From assembly GCF_006345805.1 (NCBI RefSeq), contig NC_042997.1:97960001-98024000 (forward strand): a stretch of DNA of 64,000 bases. The letters run 5' to 3'. Of this stretch, positions 37,525 through 50,037 are shown piece by piece; position 1 is the first letter of the stretch; every line of letters begins with the position of its first letter. Source of the stretch: Octopus sinensis. Lineage: Eukaryota. The notes below the pieces were generated by a model that saw only the letters and a list, made by a program, of their open reading frames with translations, made no database searches and had not been told where the DNA came from. The position numbers and the translations under genes are program-made.

Positions 37525-37830
37525 ACCATCATCCATAAAATCTGAAGAAAGTCTTGCAGATTGTTGTAGTTCCAGATATCACGGTCATTTGTGGCGTATG
37601 AATTAAGGATTTGCATTCTCTCCTTAAGATCCCAAATTCAGCCATGCTTTGCTCCAGATGGGTTGGAATGTATCTTGTTGCTCCAATAACAATGAATATG
37701 AAGCTGAAAGTGTATGTTGGGTACTGAATTTTCAAACTTCTTATCAATGGTTCATGGATGTCTCTTCCTCTTATTTTTCTAACCATATTCGTGTCCAGGG
37801 GGCAGCTGATTTCCAAAACTGAACACATAT
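37525..37830 (-). mobile_element. R4/Dong-like RLE C-terminus fragment
   Basis: CSVLEISCPLDTNM..YPTYTFSFIFIVIGATRY..SGTTTICKTF. Confidence 0.8.
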
Positions 37831-37959
37831 TTTCCTTGGCCGGTTGTGTTTTAACTTGGTGGCTATCTTAATTCTATGTATGTGAGTCTCTTCTATTTTT
37901 TAATTATTACAAATTTTCCACCGAGGAGGGAGCCGGTTTCCAACAAAGATACAAGGCTT

Positions 37960-38335
37960 GAAACTTGAGTAAAGTCTTGCATATTTTTACTGTTCCACTC
38001 ACAGATTGCACTTGTAATATACGAATTAGCCAGTCGATTTCTCTTTCTGAAAATCCCAGTTTATCCAGATTCTCCTTTAAGCATTTACTAACAAACCCTA
38101 GTGCTCCAATTATTATTGGTATGAATATGAATCCATAGTCTTGATATAGAAGCTAGAGGTTTCGAAGAAGTTGTCCGTAGATATCCTCTTTTTCTTTGAT
38201 TTTCAAAGAGATATTTATATCTACAAGGCAGCTGACCTCTATGAGGGTACATACCTTTGCCCTTCTATCACAAACAACAATATCCGATATGTTGTGTTTA
38301 CATTTGACAGATGCTTTGATGGAAATATTCCACCA
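37960..38335 (-). mobile_element. R4/Dong-like RLE fragment
   Basis: WWNISIKASVKCKHNISDIVVCDR..IEVSCLVDINI..IPIIIGALGFV..SVSGTVKICKT; truncated at (TATG)n. Confidence 0.85.
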
Positions 38336-38829
38336 TGTATGTATGTATGTATGTATGTATGTATGTATGTATGTATGTATGTATGTATGTATGTATGTAT
38401 GCATGTATGTATGTATGCATGTATGTATGTACGTGTGTGTGTGTATGTATGTACGTGTGTGTGTGTAAATACATGTGTATGTATACACTACGCTTGTGAA
38501 AACATTTACATAAGTTCAAATATATTTGGCCTGTAAAAAACGCAGTGAAAATGGCTTCTGTACAGGGCAAATATGTCCCAAATACATTTGAACTGATACA
38601 TGTATGTGTGGGTGGGTGCGTGTGTTTGAGTGTAAGGGTATTTTATTAAAAGTGAACGTTTAACTGAAGGTTGCGACATACACACACATACAATACAACC
38701 CCATGTACTTTATTTTTGTTTACCTAAGATTAATCACTCGTTATCTACGTACATATACATCCACACCCACAAACACACACACATATGCACATATGTAATA
38801 CATATATAACTGTTTGTAATCTTGACAAG

Positions 38830-39030
38830 AAGTCAACAATTCTTAAGATTAGAGGGTGGTGTTACTCGACTACATCGACCAATGTACTAGACTCGTCCTT
38901 TATTTAGCGACCCCGAAAGAATGAAAGGTAAATTCGGCCTCGGTGGTGCTCAAACTCAGAACATAAAAAGCCGAAAGATAAGCTGCTAAGCATCTTGTGC
39001 AATGTGTTAACAATTCTGTCTGCTCACTAC
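38830..39030 (-). mobile_element. SINE S1, degenerate
   Basis: cgaccccgaaagaatgaaaggtaaattcggcctcggtgg..aactcagaac..ctaagcat. Confidence 0.8.
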
Positions 39031-39835
39031 CTTATATAATACATATGTAATATCAAAAATATAAACACATAACAATATACACGCATAGTAATATGTCATA
39101 TTTAAAGTTTGGTGTTATTTCATGTCTATTTTTTTTAATGTTAATATTAAAATTCATCACGCGATAGGTGGGAATAAACTGCTGTTGAAGCTATGACATT
39201 TAACTGTAAGTTAAATTTGTTTCTACATTTTTAATATATTGGAAAACAAAATCAAAATTGATGCTACGAAATCTTCTATCAGAAGATATGCAATTGTGTG
39301 AAATTTTCTTTCGTCAACACTCAAATCCATATGGCTATAGATACGTAGTATAATTCTCTAAAAATGTTTCGAAAATGAAGATAGACTATGCATTATACGT
39401 TACAAATATCACTTGTGAATATGTATGTTTTCATAACTTATCTTCGGACGTGGTAGTGGTAGGGGTTTCTAGTGGTTCTCTTTGAAATCGACTAAAGACA
39501 TACGCATTCATAAATACATACAAACGTATAGTCATACAAGTATCTGTACATAAACATCATTTCTACAAACACATATGTGTACATATGTACACACATACAG
39601 AAAGGTCACGGATAATTAGAAAATTGTAATTACAAACCGTTAATGAAATTTAAAAGATTATAAAACGTTCCAGACATTTAACTTGTATCATGTGTACAAG
39701 TACACTTATTGACATACGAATATACGTTTTTGTTACACACATACAAATTAAAACTTACGATTTTACGAACACAATGGTACGCATCTAGGCAAACAAACAC
39801 ACTCAAGTGCAGTTACATATCTACCATCATACATA

Positions 39836-40681
39836 CGATGAAGTACCCAAAAGTAACCAAAAACGTTCTCTGTGGGGGAAAACTCGTTGTAGTTAAGGCT
39901 CCCGCTGCTAGAAGCCACTTGATGTGACCTTCTGACATAAATCTATCGACCGGCGTTGTGGGGTGACGTCGTACTGCCACTTAATACGTCTTTATCTTGC
40001 AGTGCTTCTCCCCTCTTCGTCGATTTTTGCAATGGCTGAAACGAAGGAACAGCATACTTCCGCGAAATTCTGTTTTCTGGTGGAGAAAACGGCGGCTGAA
40101 ATAGTTGTCATGCTTCAGACAGCTTACAAGGATGCTGCCATGAACAAAACACAAGTTTACAGTCACTTGTCGCTTGAAGACCCACGTCGTTCAGGACGAC
40201 CGCCGACTTCCCCGAACGAATGAGAACATCACCGAATAATTGACAAACTTGTTGACATGATGGGTGTGTCCTGTAGCTCCTGCCAACGAATTTTGCACGA
40301 GAAATCGCGAATGAAAAAAGTTGCTGCAAAATTTGTGCCTCGCTTGCTCACGGATGACCAAAAGTCACGACTGAATGCGTATCGTGAACGGAAAGAACAG
40401 TTGGAAGTTGATCCGGACCTTTTTTCGAAGGTCATCACGGGTGACGATAACTGGCACTACGGAATTTGCAAATGTGAGAGAGGTGAAGAAAAAGCAACAG
40501 TGGCTTTAAAAGGCATCACTTTATAAGAGTTCCAGCATTGCTTCGAATATTGGAAAACGCACCCGGACCGATACATTGCATCAAATACAGATTACTTCGA
40601 AGGCGATAAAAGTGTAAACATGTAAAACTAAGTGAATAAAATAATATTGTAAAATTCCGGTTTCTTTTGGTTACCTTCTCG
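39836..40681 (+). mobile_element. internally deleted mariner element
   Basis: imperfect TIRs cgatgaagtacccaaaagtaacc / ggtttcttttggttaccttctcg with TA flanks; MAETKEQ..KFCFLVEKTAAE..SGRP, KKVAAKFVPRLLT, VITGDDNW, YFEGD. Confidence 0.9.
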
Positions 40682-41339
40682 TACATTCATTCATTCAAAT
40701 ATATATAAATGGCGGCTGTCAATTAGCAGACTAATGCGACCATCACTGACAAATTATCTTATCCCAGCTGTTAAAGACAATGGCCGCCAGCAACGCTCGT
40801 GCTGACATCTAAAGTTAATATAACACAGTGCACAACACCGCTAACACTCTTACCTTCGAAGACAAGTAGTCCAGAAACAAGCAAGAGCAAGATCACCAGC
40901 TTCGCAATGAGGCGTGTGCTATTTCAGACTTATCTTCTCCTGGAGGGACGGCTAAACAAAAACTACATACATACATACATACTAACCATCTGGTTCAGGA
41001 TTTGGAATTCTTTTAGCACGAACATGCAAGTGTTCTAAAAACTATGAGAGCTCATCACTTCAGAGAAAAATAATGCATTTTTAATAATTCAAATTCGTCT
41101 TATACCACGCTATCCGTTTTAGATGTAGCACGAAAACGATTTCCTGTGGGTTTTGAAAGACTCCTTCAATGGACAGTTTTGTGTGCGTGCAAGGCTATCC
41201 TCAACACTGACCTACATTCTTATCCTAATTCATATGAAAGCCCCTTGTTTACGTGTTGTTTCTTGGCTCTTTCTTTATCAGTCAGAAATTTGGAGAATGA
41301 AACTTGAAGAACATACACACATATACATTCATACATACA

Positions 41340-41372
<33 letters not shown>

Positions 41373-41639
41373 TCATTCAAACATACATAAATACATAAAA
41401 ACCATACATGCACACACACGCACATACGCACATACACACACACAAACACACATATACATACAAACATATATATACATAGAAACTCTACATAATGCATACA
41501 TACACGCATATATACAGACATACGTATATGTATTAATACAAACATACCTTCATATATGCATACATACATGCATACATGTATACACACATGCATACATGTA
41601 TACACACATGCTAACAAACATGCGAGCATTTCTTTCTAA

Positions 41640-41890
41640 ATCAATGAAAAAGAAAATTGTTACAAGCAACTGATTTTAAGCTTATAACGTTTCTATGTAG
41701 ATTACAAATTCACATTTATACCTATAATATAATTTGTGCACTCGGCTTTGTTAGTATATACCTAAGTAGTAATCTCGAAAACCTAGCATTTTTAGCAAAG
41801 TGATCATCTAATACACATTTTACAAACGCGGTCCGTTAGAGGAACAGTAAAAATATGCAAGATTTTTCAAAAGTTCAACATGTAATACAT
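41640..41890 (+). mobile_element. R4/Dong-like RLE C-terminus fragment
   Basis: NEKENCYKQL..YKFTFIPII..ALGFV..SVRGTVKICKIFQKF. Confidence 0.72.
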
Positions 41891-42499
41891 CGCTTTTGCT
41901 ATTCAGAGCTTAGTAACGGAACTTGGTCTCTTTGATGGAAACCAACTCCTCCCATATATGAAATATTTCAATAGTTTGAAATAATATACATATATAGGCG
42001 CAGGTGTGGCTGTGTGGTAAGAAGCTTGCTTCCCAACCACATGGTTCCGGATTCAGTCCCACTGTGTGACATATTGGGCAAGTATATTAACACTGACTAC
42101 AGAATTATAGTCTGATCTCTTGGAGTCATTACAGCTGTATCGTCCGGTGTATTCTTTTTTCCCCAAGATGTCTGGTAGGATGTGATTGGAAGGAGATTTG
42201 GTTGCTATTTTCAGTGAGATCGAGGTGTCGTAGTGTATAGAAACTCCCTTGTAGGACTTTTAAACTAACCGAAAAAAAAAAAAACTTGAATCGAAACAGC
42301 TAAGAGTTTGCAATTAGATGCTATTAATGGAACTGAGAAAATATACAAAACCTTTCCCGAAGTTTACCTTGTAATAAGTGCATATACATACATTTGTAGA
42401 CATATAAATGTATGTATACACATATAAGAGTCAAAACATATAAACAGATGTATGCATACACAAGCATGAGTCAAGATGCAAAACAAATAAATAGATATA

Positions 42500-42708
42500 C
42501 TCTTTTATTCTTTTACTCTTTTACTTGTTTCAGTCATTTGACTGCGGCCATGTTGGAGCACCGCCTTTAGTCGAGCAATTCGACCCCGGGACTTATTTTT
42601 TGTAAGCCCAGTACTTATTCTATCGGTCTCTTTTGCCGAACCGCTATGTATCGGGGACATAAACACACCAGCATCGGTTGTCAAGCAATGCTAGGGGGAC
42701 AAACACAA

Positions 42709-42782
<74 letters not shown>

Positions 42783-42962
42783 TATATATACATATATACG
42801 ACAGGCTTCTTTCAGTTTCCGTCAACCAAATCCACTCACAAGGCATTGGTCGGCCCGGGGCTACAGCAGAAGACACTTGCCCAAGATGCCACGCAGTGGG
42901 ACTGAACCCGGAACCATGTGGTTGGTCAGCAAGCTACTTACTACACAGCCACTCCTGCGCCA
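42500..42962 (-). mobile_element. SINE S2, full length
   Basis: tRNA-like head ggcgcaggagtggctgtgtagtaagtagcttgc..ccgggttcagtccc; internal (TA)n(CA)n; (AAAGAGT)-like tail. Confidence 0.93.
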
Positions 42963-43959
42963 CATATATATTAAAAAAATGTGGCTGTCTTACTTCCAAT
43001 GAAAGAAACATCTTGTGCCTGAGTTAGAAACCGGTTCTTTATGGGTAAAAAAATTAAACCGGAAAATATATTCACCCACACATATACTTACATCTATATT
43101 ATTCCTGAATGCGTTGTTTAATAACAGAATTTATAAAAGAGAAATATTTTATTCCATTATTATAATGCTCTATTATATTATAGTGAAACCTTATCACTTG
43201 TTTCAACAATCAGTTTTCTGATTGTACGATTGCTGTAGCTGTTTATTCATTGATATTAACAGGTAAGTGTACTCTTAACATCATTTTCAGTCATGCGTAC
43301 TCTTATATTTTCAGACACGCGTACTTTTAACGTCATTTTCAGACACACGTACTCAATGAGAGCCAGTGTGACATAATGTGATAAGGCAGCCGCTTGCATA
43401 TATCTGTCGTCCTTTCAGTTTCACTTATAAACTTCGTTTGACATGTGGCTCTGGTAAAAACCAAACAAAAAAATGCTTGCATTCATGCATTTATGTACAT
43501 GCTTAAATACATGCATACATATGTCAAGAAATAGAAATTATGCGCAGTAGTTGAAATCAGTCGCTCATCATAATTTATTGTTAAAGATTGGCAAAAACGA
43601 AATCATTTTCACCGAGGTGATTAGAAATATGTTATTATTCAATCCGATCTGGCCTATAGTTTAAGATTTTTACTGTTAATTATTAGTGTCATTGATTACA
43701 TAACTAATTACCTTAGTATTAAACTTGAGATACTGAGTTTCACAAAACTACAAAGAACACAATATATCACAGCCACATGGCATCAAAGGGACTTTGAAAA
43801 TATGTAAGACATTTAAGAAATTTAGCATGTAATAAGTACATATGTGCACACACTTATGTATAAGCATGCATGCTTATATACATACATACATGCTTATACA
43901 AAGAAACACGCTACCCCGCCACACCCCAAAATAAATGCAATCGTCCAAGCATGCCTCAT

Positions 43960-44295
43960 TGTATGCTATGGCCTCAGGCTGACCAAAGCCTTGTGAGCGG
44001 ATTTCGTACACGGAAACGGAAAGATAACTGTCGTACATATGTGCATATTAGTGCTCGCGCGCGCGTGTGTATGTGTCTGTCTGTTTCTGTGTGTGTATGC
44101 ATTTGTACCACAAGCATTGCTTGACAACTAATGTTGCTGTGTTTACGTTCCCATAACTTAAAGGTTCGGCGAAAGACACTGATAAAATAAGTACTAGACT
44201 CACAAAGAATAGATCGTGTGGTCGATTTGTTCGACCAACGGCAGTGCTCCAGCATGGCCGCAATCACATAACTCAAACAAGTAAAACAATAAAAC
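43960..44295 (+). mobile_element. SINE S2, 5' truncated
   Basis: gaccaaagccttgtgag..gcttgacaac..aagtactag..gtgctccagcatggccgca. Confidence 0.85.
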
Positions 44296-44388
44296 AAAAA
44301 CTTTGCCTTTTTATTTCCGAGTAAGCCCGTGTATCTCTAGTAGCATACATACATACATACATACATACATACAAATACATACATATAC

Positions 44389-44468
<80 letters not shown>

Positions 44469-44988
44469 TTCAGTTGGAACCCTTTACAATCTGTGTTCAC
44501 GTTCATAAGGTCTCAGATCGATAAACTGGATAGCTATCGTTTGCAGTTTGAATGATTCACAACACAACTCCTCCACAATATGTGCCGCCTTGTCCTTAAT
44601 GTTACAAATCAATATGCATACTTTTATTCCTTTGTACTGCTACTGATTTCAGTTCGTAGCAGCTGAGGCATTACTCTCGAAAGGTTTTAGTCGCTCTTAT
44701 ATCGACCGTCGTTCTCGTTTCAGTCTGGTACTTATTGTAAACATTGTCTGCTCTAATTTATGAAGTGACTAAGTACCATTTTAGGTAAGAAGCACAACAG
44801 CAAAAAAAAAAACCATTCAGCATACGCAAACACACATGTGTATATAGACATACATAGATACATTCATACATGCATACATACATACATGCATACATACATA
44901 CATATATACATAAATACACACACACATACATACACACATACACACACACACACACACATATATATATGTATATATATATATACATGCA

Positions 44989-45022
<34 letters not shown>

Positions 45023-45024
45023 CA

Positions 45025-45109
<85 letters not shown>

Positions 45110-45182
45110 ATATATGTAAGAATTATTTGCGTCATAAGATAAAAAACCAAGGCTGTGTAGATATTAGAGCATTTATAAATAG

Positions 45183-45234
45183 GTCTTACAGCTGTTTCTA
45201 GGATATTTATTAATTATATCCCTTCATCGGAGAC
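45183..45234 (-). ncRNA. near-intact minimal type I hammerhead ribozyme motif (U4C variant)
   Basis: GUCU CCGAUGA A-GGGAUAU..AUAUCCU-A GAAA CAGCUG UA AGAC; helix I 4 bp, helix II 7 bp, palindromic helix III, GUA site; lies between (TA)n runs. Confidence 0.65.
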
Positions 45235-45269
45235 AGTGTGAGAGGATAGTTAAGTCATAGTTAGTTTAT

Positions 45270-45303
<34 letters not shown>

Positions 45304-46689
45304 CATATTCACACACACACACACATACACTAAGAAAAAAGCATATATATATAATACACACGAGTGACTTCTGTAGTTTCTATGCACCAAATTCCACGCA
45401 CCAGTTATTAATCAATTCGAAATCAATCGTACAATAGAAAACATTTGCCTAAGATACAATGTACGGGAGTTGAACCCGGTTCCACGTAAACGCCGAACAA
45501 ATTTCTTAACCACACTGCTATGCCTGCACCTATATAAATATGTTTATCTTGCAATTTCTTACCCACCAAACCATCCTCCCTCCACCTGCCTGTTTACAGC
45601 GACAGGAAAAAGCAAAAAACAAACTTGAGATGTGAGTAGAGTATGTCAATATAACTTGCTAGGAAATAAACATAAGACCGCCAAGTGACTGGAAGCGTTT
45701 TCGATCAATGCATTAGTAACTGAGTAACTTGGTGTGATGTGAATACATTATTGAAATTAGCAATGTTTATAGAGTCTTTTCTGCTTGATAAATATACTCT
45801 GGCCATTTCGAGCTTCGTTATTAATCAAAGATTTAAAGGGTGGCTTTGTTTTTTAAACTGTAACGTCTTGTGCAATATTTTTTCTGGATATTTTTCTCTT
45901 TCTTTTGCAGAGCTTCGTATATTTTATTAATAATTTATGAAATAATTGAAGTTTTCGTTATAAGTAGGTTGCAGTTTGTTACAGTATGGCTTTTTTATGG
46001 TTTTTTAAATGTTTTCAAATAACAATATACTGTCTACCAGTTGCTTCTCATTGCGTTTATATAAATAACTATTAAATTAAGCAGTCCTAAAGAGGAACGT
46101 CTACGTGGGGAACTTATACCACTGAACCTTTTGAAAAAATCAGTGAAAGTTCCATCAAATTAAACTGAAAGACCAATATATTTCTTACCTTACATTCCTC
46201 TTTTCTTTTCTGAACAACAACCATGACAAGAAATGTCCAAGAATATTATTCGATGTCTTGAAGATATTCGTCTCACAGCTACATTTTCGTTAATATTTTT
46301 ATTCCTTCAATTTTTTTATGTTTGTTTTCTTATTATTGTTGGTGTTTTTATTGTACTTAGACTCGTTGTTAGTAGTAGCAATTATATTGAAAAATTTCAC
46401 GAATTCTAAAGGCAATCACTTCGCTAAATTAATAAACGGCTCAGCCATCTACGCTGGAATAGAAAGCATAAGACAGAATAGAAAGCATAAGAAGAGAAAG
46501 GCAGAAGAGAAACAAAGAGTGAGAGAGGGCAAAGGAATAGGAATGAAAGAGGGAATGATAGGAATCTGGTTCAATGGCAATTTTATTTATGAGGCAGCTG
46601 ACTCAGCTTTCTGAAAAGTGCAATCAAATTTCTCATCAATCACAATATATCATCTAAAACAAAGCTATAATGGACATATTCAAAGCGAA

Positions 46690-46870
46690 AGAAAATGTAC
46701 CCATTACATTGGGTAGTGTTCATATTTATAAGAATCATACAGTACCACTCACGAACGCTTTTAAGGGGCGTTGCTATCAGCATCACTATTCTTTTAGACT
46801 AAAGAACATAGAAAATTCCACATCCTTTTTTTATAAGGAAACTCGTGGGCCAAAGATCCATTATGCTTCA
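46690..46870 (+). mobile_element. degenerate Penelope-like GIY-YIG fragment
   Basis: LTNAFKGRCYQHHYSFRLKNIENSTS resembles the T-N-FK-RY--H--SFR----ENSTxLS segment of PLE endonucleases. Confidence 0.5.
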
Positions 46871-47616
46871 GTAGCGTGGCAAAATTTCGATACAGCTAAC
46901 CATATTTCATAGAACCATGAAGTTATGGGCTTTGCCTAACTGAGAAATCTTAGATATTGAAATAATCATAAATTTCTCACAGCAGAAGATCCGAGATAAT
47001 GCCTAACTGCCGTTATCAGAGGTCGCTTCCCATAGAAAATTCCCAAGTATGTGAAGATGTTAGATCAAACAAAACAGACTGATAGGAACCAAATGTTTAG
47101 TCAGAGGGAGTAGCCTTCCTCTTCAATTGAATGCATGCCTTGACTCTATAGTTTCCTGTATCTCATAGTAGTCCAGTCATCTTTCTCGTTTGCAATAGTG
47201 CCAATCATTCGAGACACTTTGATCGATAGGAATAACTTAACTATTACTCTGTGAATATAACATCTCTGCCGTTCATTCACGAGATTGTCTGATTGTTCAT
47301 ACATGTGATTCACGAGTGTAACTAACGAGATACCGAAAAACAAAACAAAAACAAAAACGTATTTCAACGAGAGTAGATTATAATCAAATTATTTCAGCTG
47401 ATCCAGCTGATTGTTACTCTGGAGTTTTCTATCAGGAAATTCAATTCACCGGAGAACAAAAATAATTCATCTGACAGCATTAGAATACGGAAGGTGTCGA
47501 AATTGTGTTGATATTTAGCCAGTACCTGATGAGGGATTGAACATTTCTGTTTTCAATGCGAGTGGGTTTTTTCCTGTTTTTCTATGTGTTCCTTTGTCGA
47601 CCTTTTGTCTACATTT

Positions 47617-47653
47617 TAATAATAATGATGATGATGATGATGATGATGATGAC

Positions 47654-47701
<48 letters not shown>

Positions 47702-47745
47702 AATAATAATAATAATAATAATAATATAATAATAATAATAATAAT
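47617..47745. repeat. (GAT)n(AAT)n microsatellite
   Basis: directly visible. Confidence 0.95.
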
Positions 47746-47824
47746 GATATTTATATACATGTATATATATATGACTGCATATATATATATATGTATATAT
47801 GCACGTAGATGTGTGTATATATAT

Positions 47825-47894
<70 letters not shown>

Positions 47895-47895
<1 letters not shown>

Positions 47896-48260
47896 AAGGT
47901 ATAATTTCAAATTAATAATAAAAGGGTAAAATTAATCAATTAAATTAATTGATTAATCAATCAATTAATTAATAATTTTACCAAGTAGATCGGTACGTTA
48001 AAATAACCTTTATAGGTTAAATTATACAAATATTCTATAATTATAAACATAATTATAATTAGGGGTCAGTTAATTGCTTCAACCGCATACCGAATTTAGA
48101 AATAGGAGTTAAAAAAATTCCTTTACAACTGTTACTCTCGTGGAGATTCGTACAGTAGTAGAAAAGGTATCTTAAACTCCTATTTCTAAATACGGCATGT
48201 GTTGTGAAGCAATTAGCTGACCCCTAATTATAATTATGTTTATAATAATAGAATATTTGT

Positions 48261-48270
<10 letters not shown>
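47895..48270. mobile_element. (TA)n-embedded foldback element, family A
   Basis: ~86-bp arms 48025-48110 and 48175-48261; shares ttttaccaagtag..tcggta and ttgcttc..catac..atttagaaata with 345-597. Confidence 0.8.
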
Positions 48271-48321
<51 letters not shown>

Positions 48322-48789
48322 TATATATACATACATATCTGTGTGCGTATAAAGATCTCAACTTGAAGCCATCCTCCAATTTTCCCGCTGAAGAGTATTA
48401 ACACCGAAATATAGGAATATAAGGTAAAGTGAAAGCTGTCGTTTTCTCTTCATCATTTCTCTTTTTACGTTTATATTTGAATTTTTTATATTGTTTTTTT
48501 TTTGTTTAAACAATTTCAATTTTAGCCTTAAATTTCTTACACTGCTACAGCCAAACTTTACCACACACACACACCACACACACACACACAACACACACAC
48601 ACACACACACACATTAATATATATGTCACAAGCCAGTGCCTGATATTAGTGTTACATTACAAACTGGCCTTCCTGGATTAAGACCCAGTCCATGGTAAGG
48701 CGAACCCTTTGCTGCTGTTAAGACTTTTCAGTTGAGTGGATTGGAGCAAGTATGAAGTATAGTCATTAGTCACAAAAACAGTCATCTGA

Positions 48790-49090
48790 TCCAGTACTTA
48801 TTCTATCGCTCTTTTTTGCCGAACTACTAGAATACATGGACGTAAATATATCAGCATTGGTTGTCAAGCAATGACGAGAGGCAAACACAAACACAGACAC
48901 ACACGCACATAAATATATCCACATATATACGACGGAATTCTTTCATTTTCCATCTACCAAATCCACTTACAAGGCTTTGGTCGGCCTGAGGCATAGTAGA
49001 AGACACTTGTCTAAGGTGCCACGCTGCGGAATTGAACCCAGAGCCATATGCTTTGGAAGCAAGCCTCTTACCATACAGCCACGCGGGTGC
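48790..49090 (-). mobile_element. SINE S2
   Basis: consensus blocks. Confidence 0.88.
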
Positions 49091-49319
49091 CTATATAAAT
49101 AGATATAAAATCGACAAGTCTTGCGAAACACAGCTACCCAGTGTTTCCTGGTCGAAATAATAATTTATTTCAACATTTATCAAGCTGATAAAACCAACAA
49201 AACAGTTTGTCAGCTGCATCCGATGCAGTTGACGTTTGGCTGAGAACGCTCATTTATAAAAAGACCAAGAAAAGCAGAGAGTATAAACACAGGGTGTGAT
49301 AGCCAACGTTACAACACAT

Positions 49320-49515
49320 TGGTTTTAAATTTTTGGCACAAGAACAGAAATTTTAGAGGTTGGTTTAAGTCATTTACATCCACCCCAGTGCTCAACTGGC
49401 ACTTATTTTAATCGGCCTCAATGTCGGTGGAATTTGAACTCAGAGCGTAAAGACGGACAAAATGCCGCTAAGAACTTTCGACGGCGTGCTAACGATTTTG
49501 CCAGCTCGGCACCTT
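49320..49515 (-). mobile_element. SINE S1
   Basis: consensus blocks. Confidence 0.85.
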
Positions 49516-49536
49516 AACTTTAGAACGCATATTACA

Positions 49537-49758
49537 TATATAAAAATTACGTAAACAAGATCGGAATGGTTTAAGATGTTCCCAGTGATCTATTTTTAAT
49601 TTCCGCTAAGATTTATTTTTTAAAATGCAGATATAAAGAAGACATTTCGTTCCTGGAATGTCCGCATTAACAAAAATTATATCTTAGCGGAAATTAAAGA
49701 TAGGCCACTATATACATCTTAAAAACCGTTCCAACCTGGTTTACGTAATTTCTATATA
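49537..49758. mobile_element. MITE-like inverted-repeat element
   Basis: ~76-bp imperfect arms 49537-49612 and 49681-49758. Confidence 0.7.
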
Positions 49759-50037
49759 CGTAGTATTTGTTGTAACGTTGGTTATCTCCCCTGTGGTTTC
49801 CTCTCTGCGCTTCTTTCTGTGTATTTCTATACAAGTGTTCTCATTCAAACGTCAACTGAATGCAGCTGAAAAACCGTCTGGTTGCTTTCATCAAGTTGGT
49901 AAATGTCGAAATAAATTAATATTTCGACCAGGAAACCCCGGGTGGCTGCATTTCATAAGACTTGAGGATTTCATTATAATAATATCTTTAGTGTCTTAGC
50001 TGATCGAGTGCAATTCTACTTTTTAAAGACTTATATA

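Noticed and set aside
40700-40720. TATA-like run plus YY1-like aaatggcggc (also caaaatggcg at 53670)
   Set aside because: Short motifs with no supported gene start nearby.
46318-46614. 98-aa ORF with a hydrophobic N-terminus and basic middle
   Set aside because: It arises from T-rich and then AG-rich low-complexity sequence.
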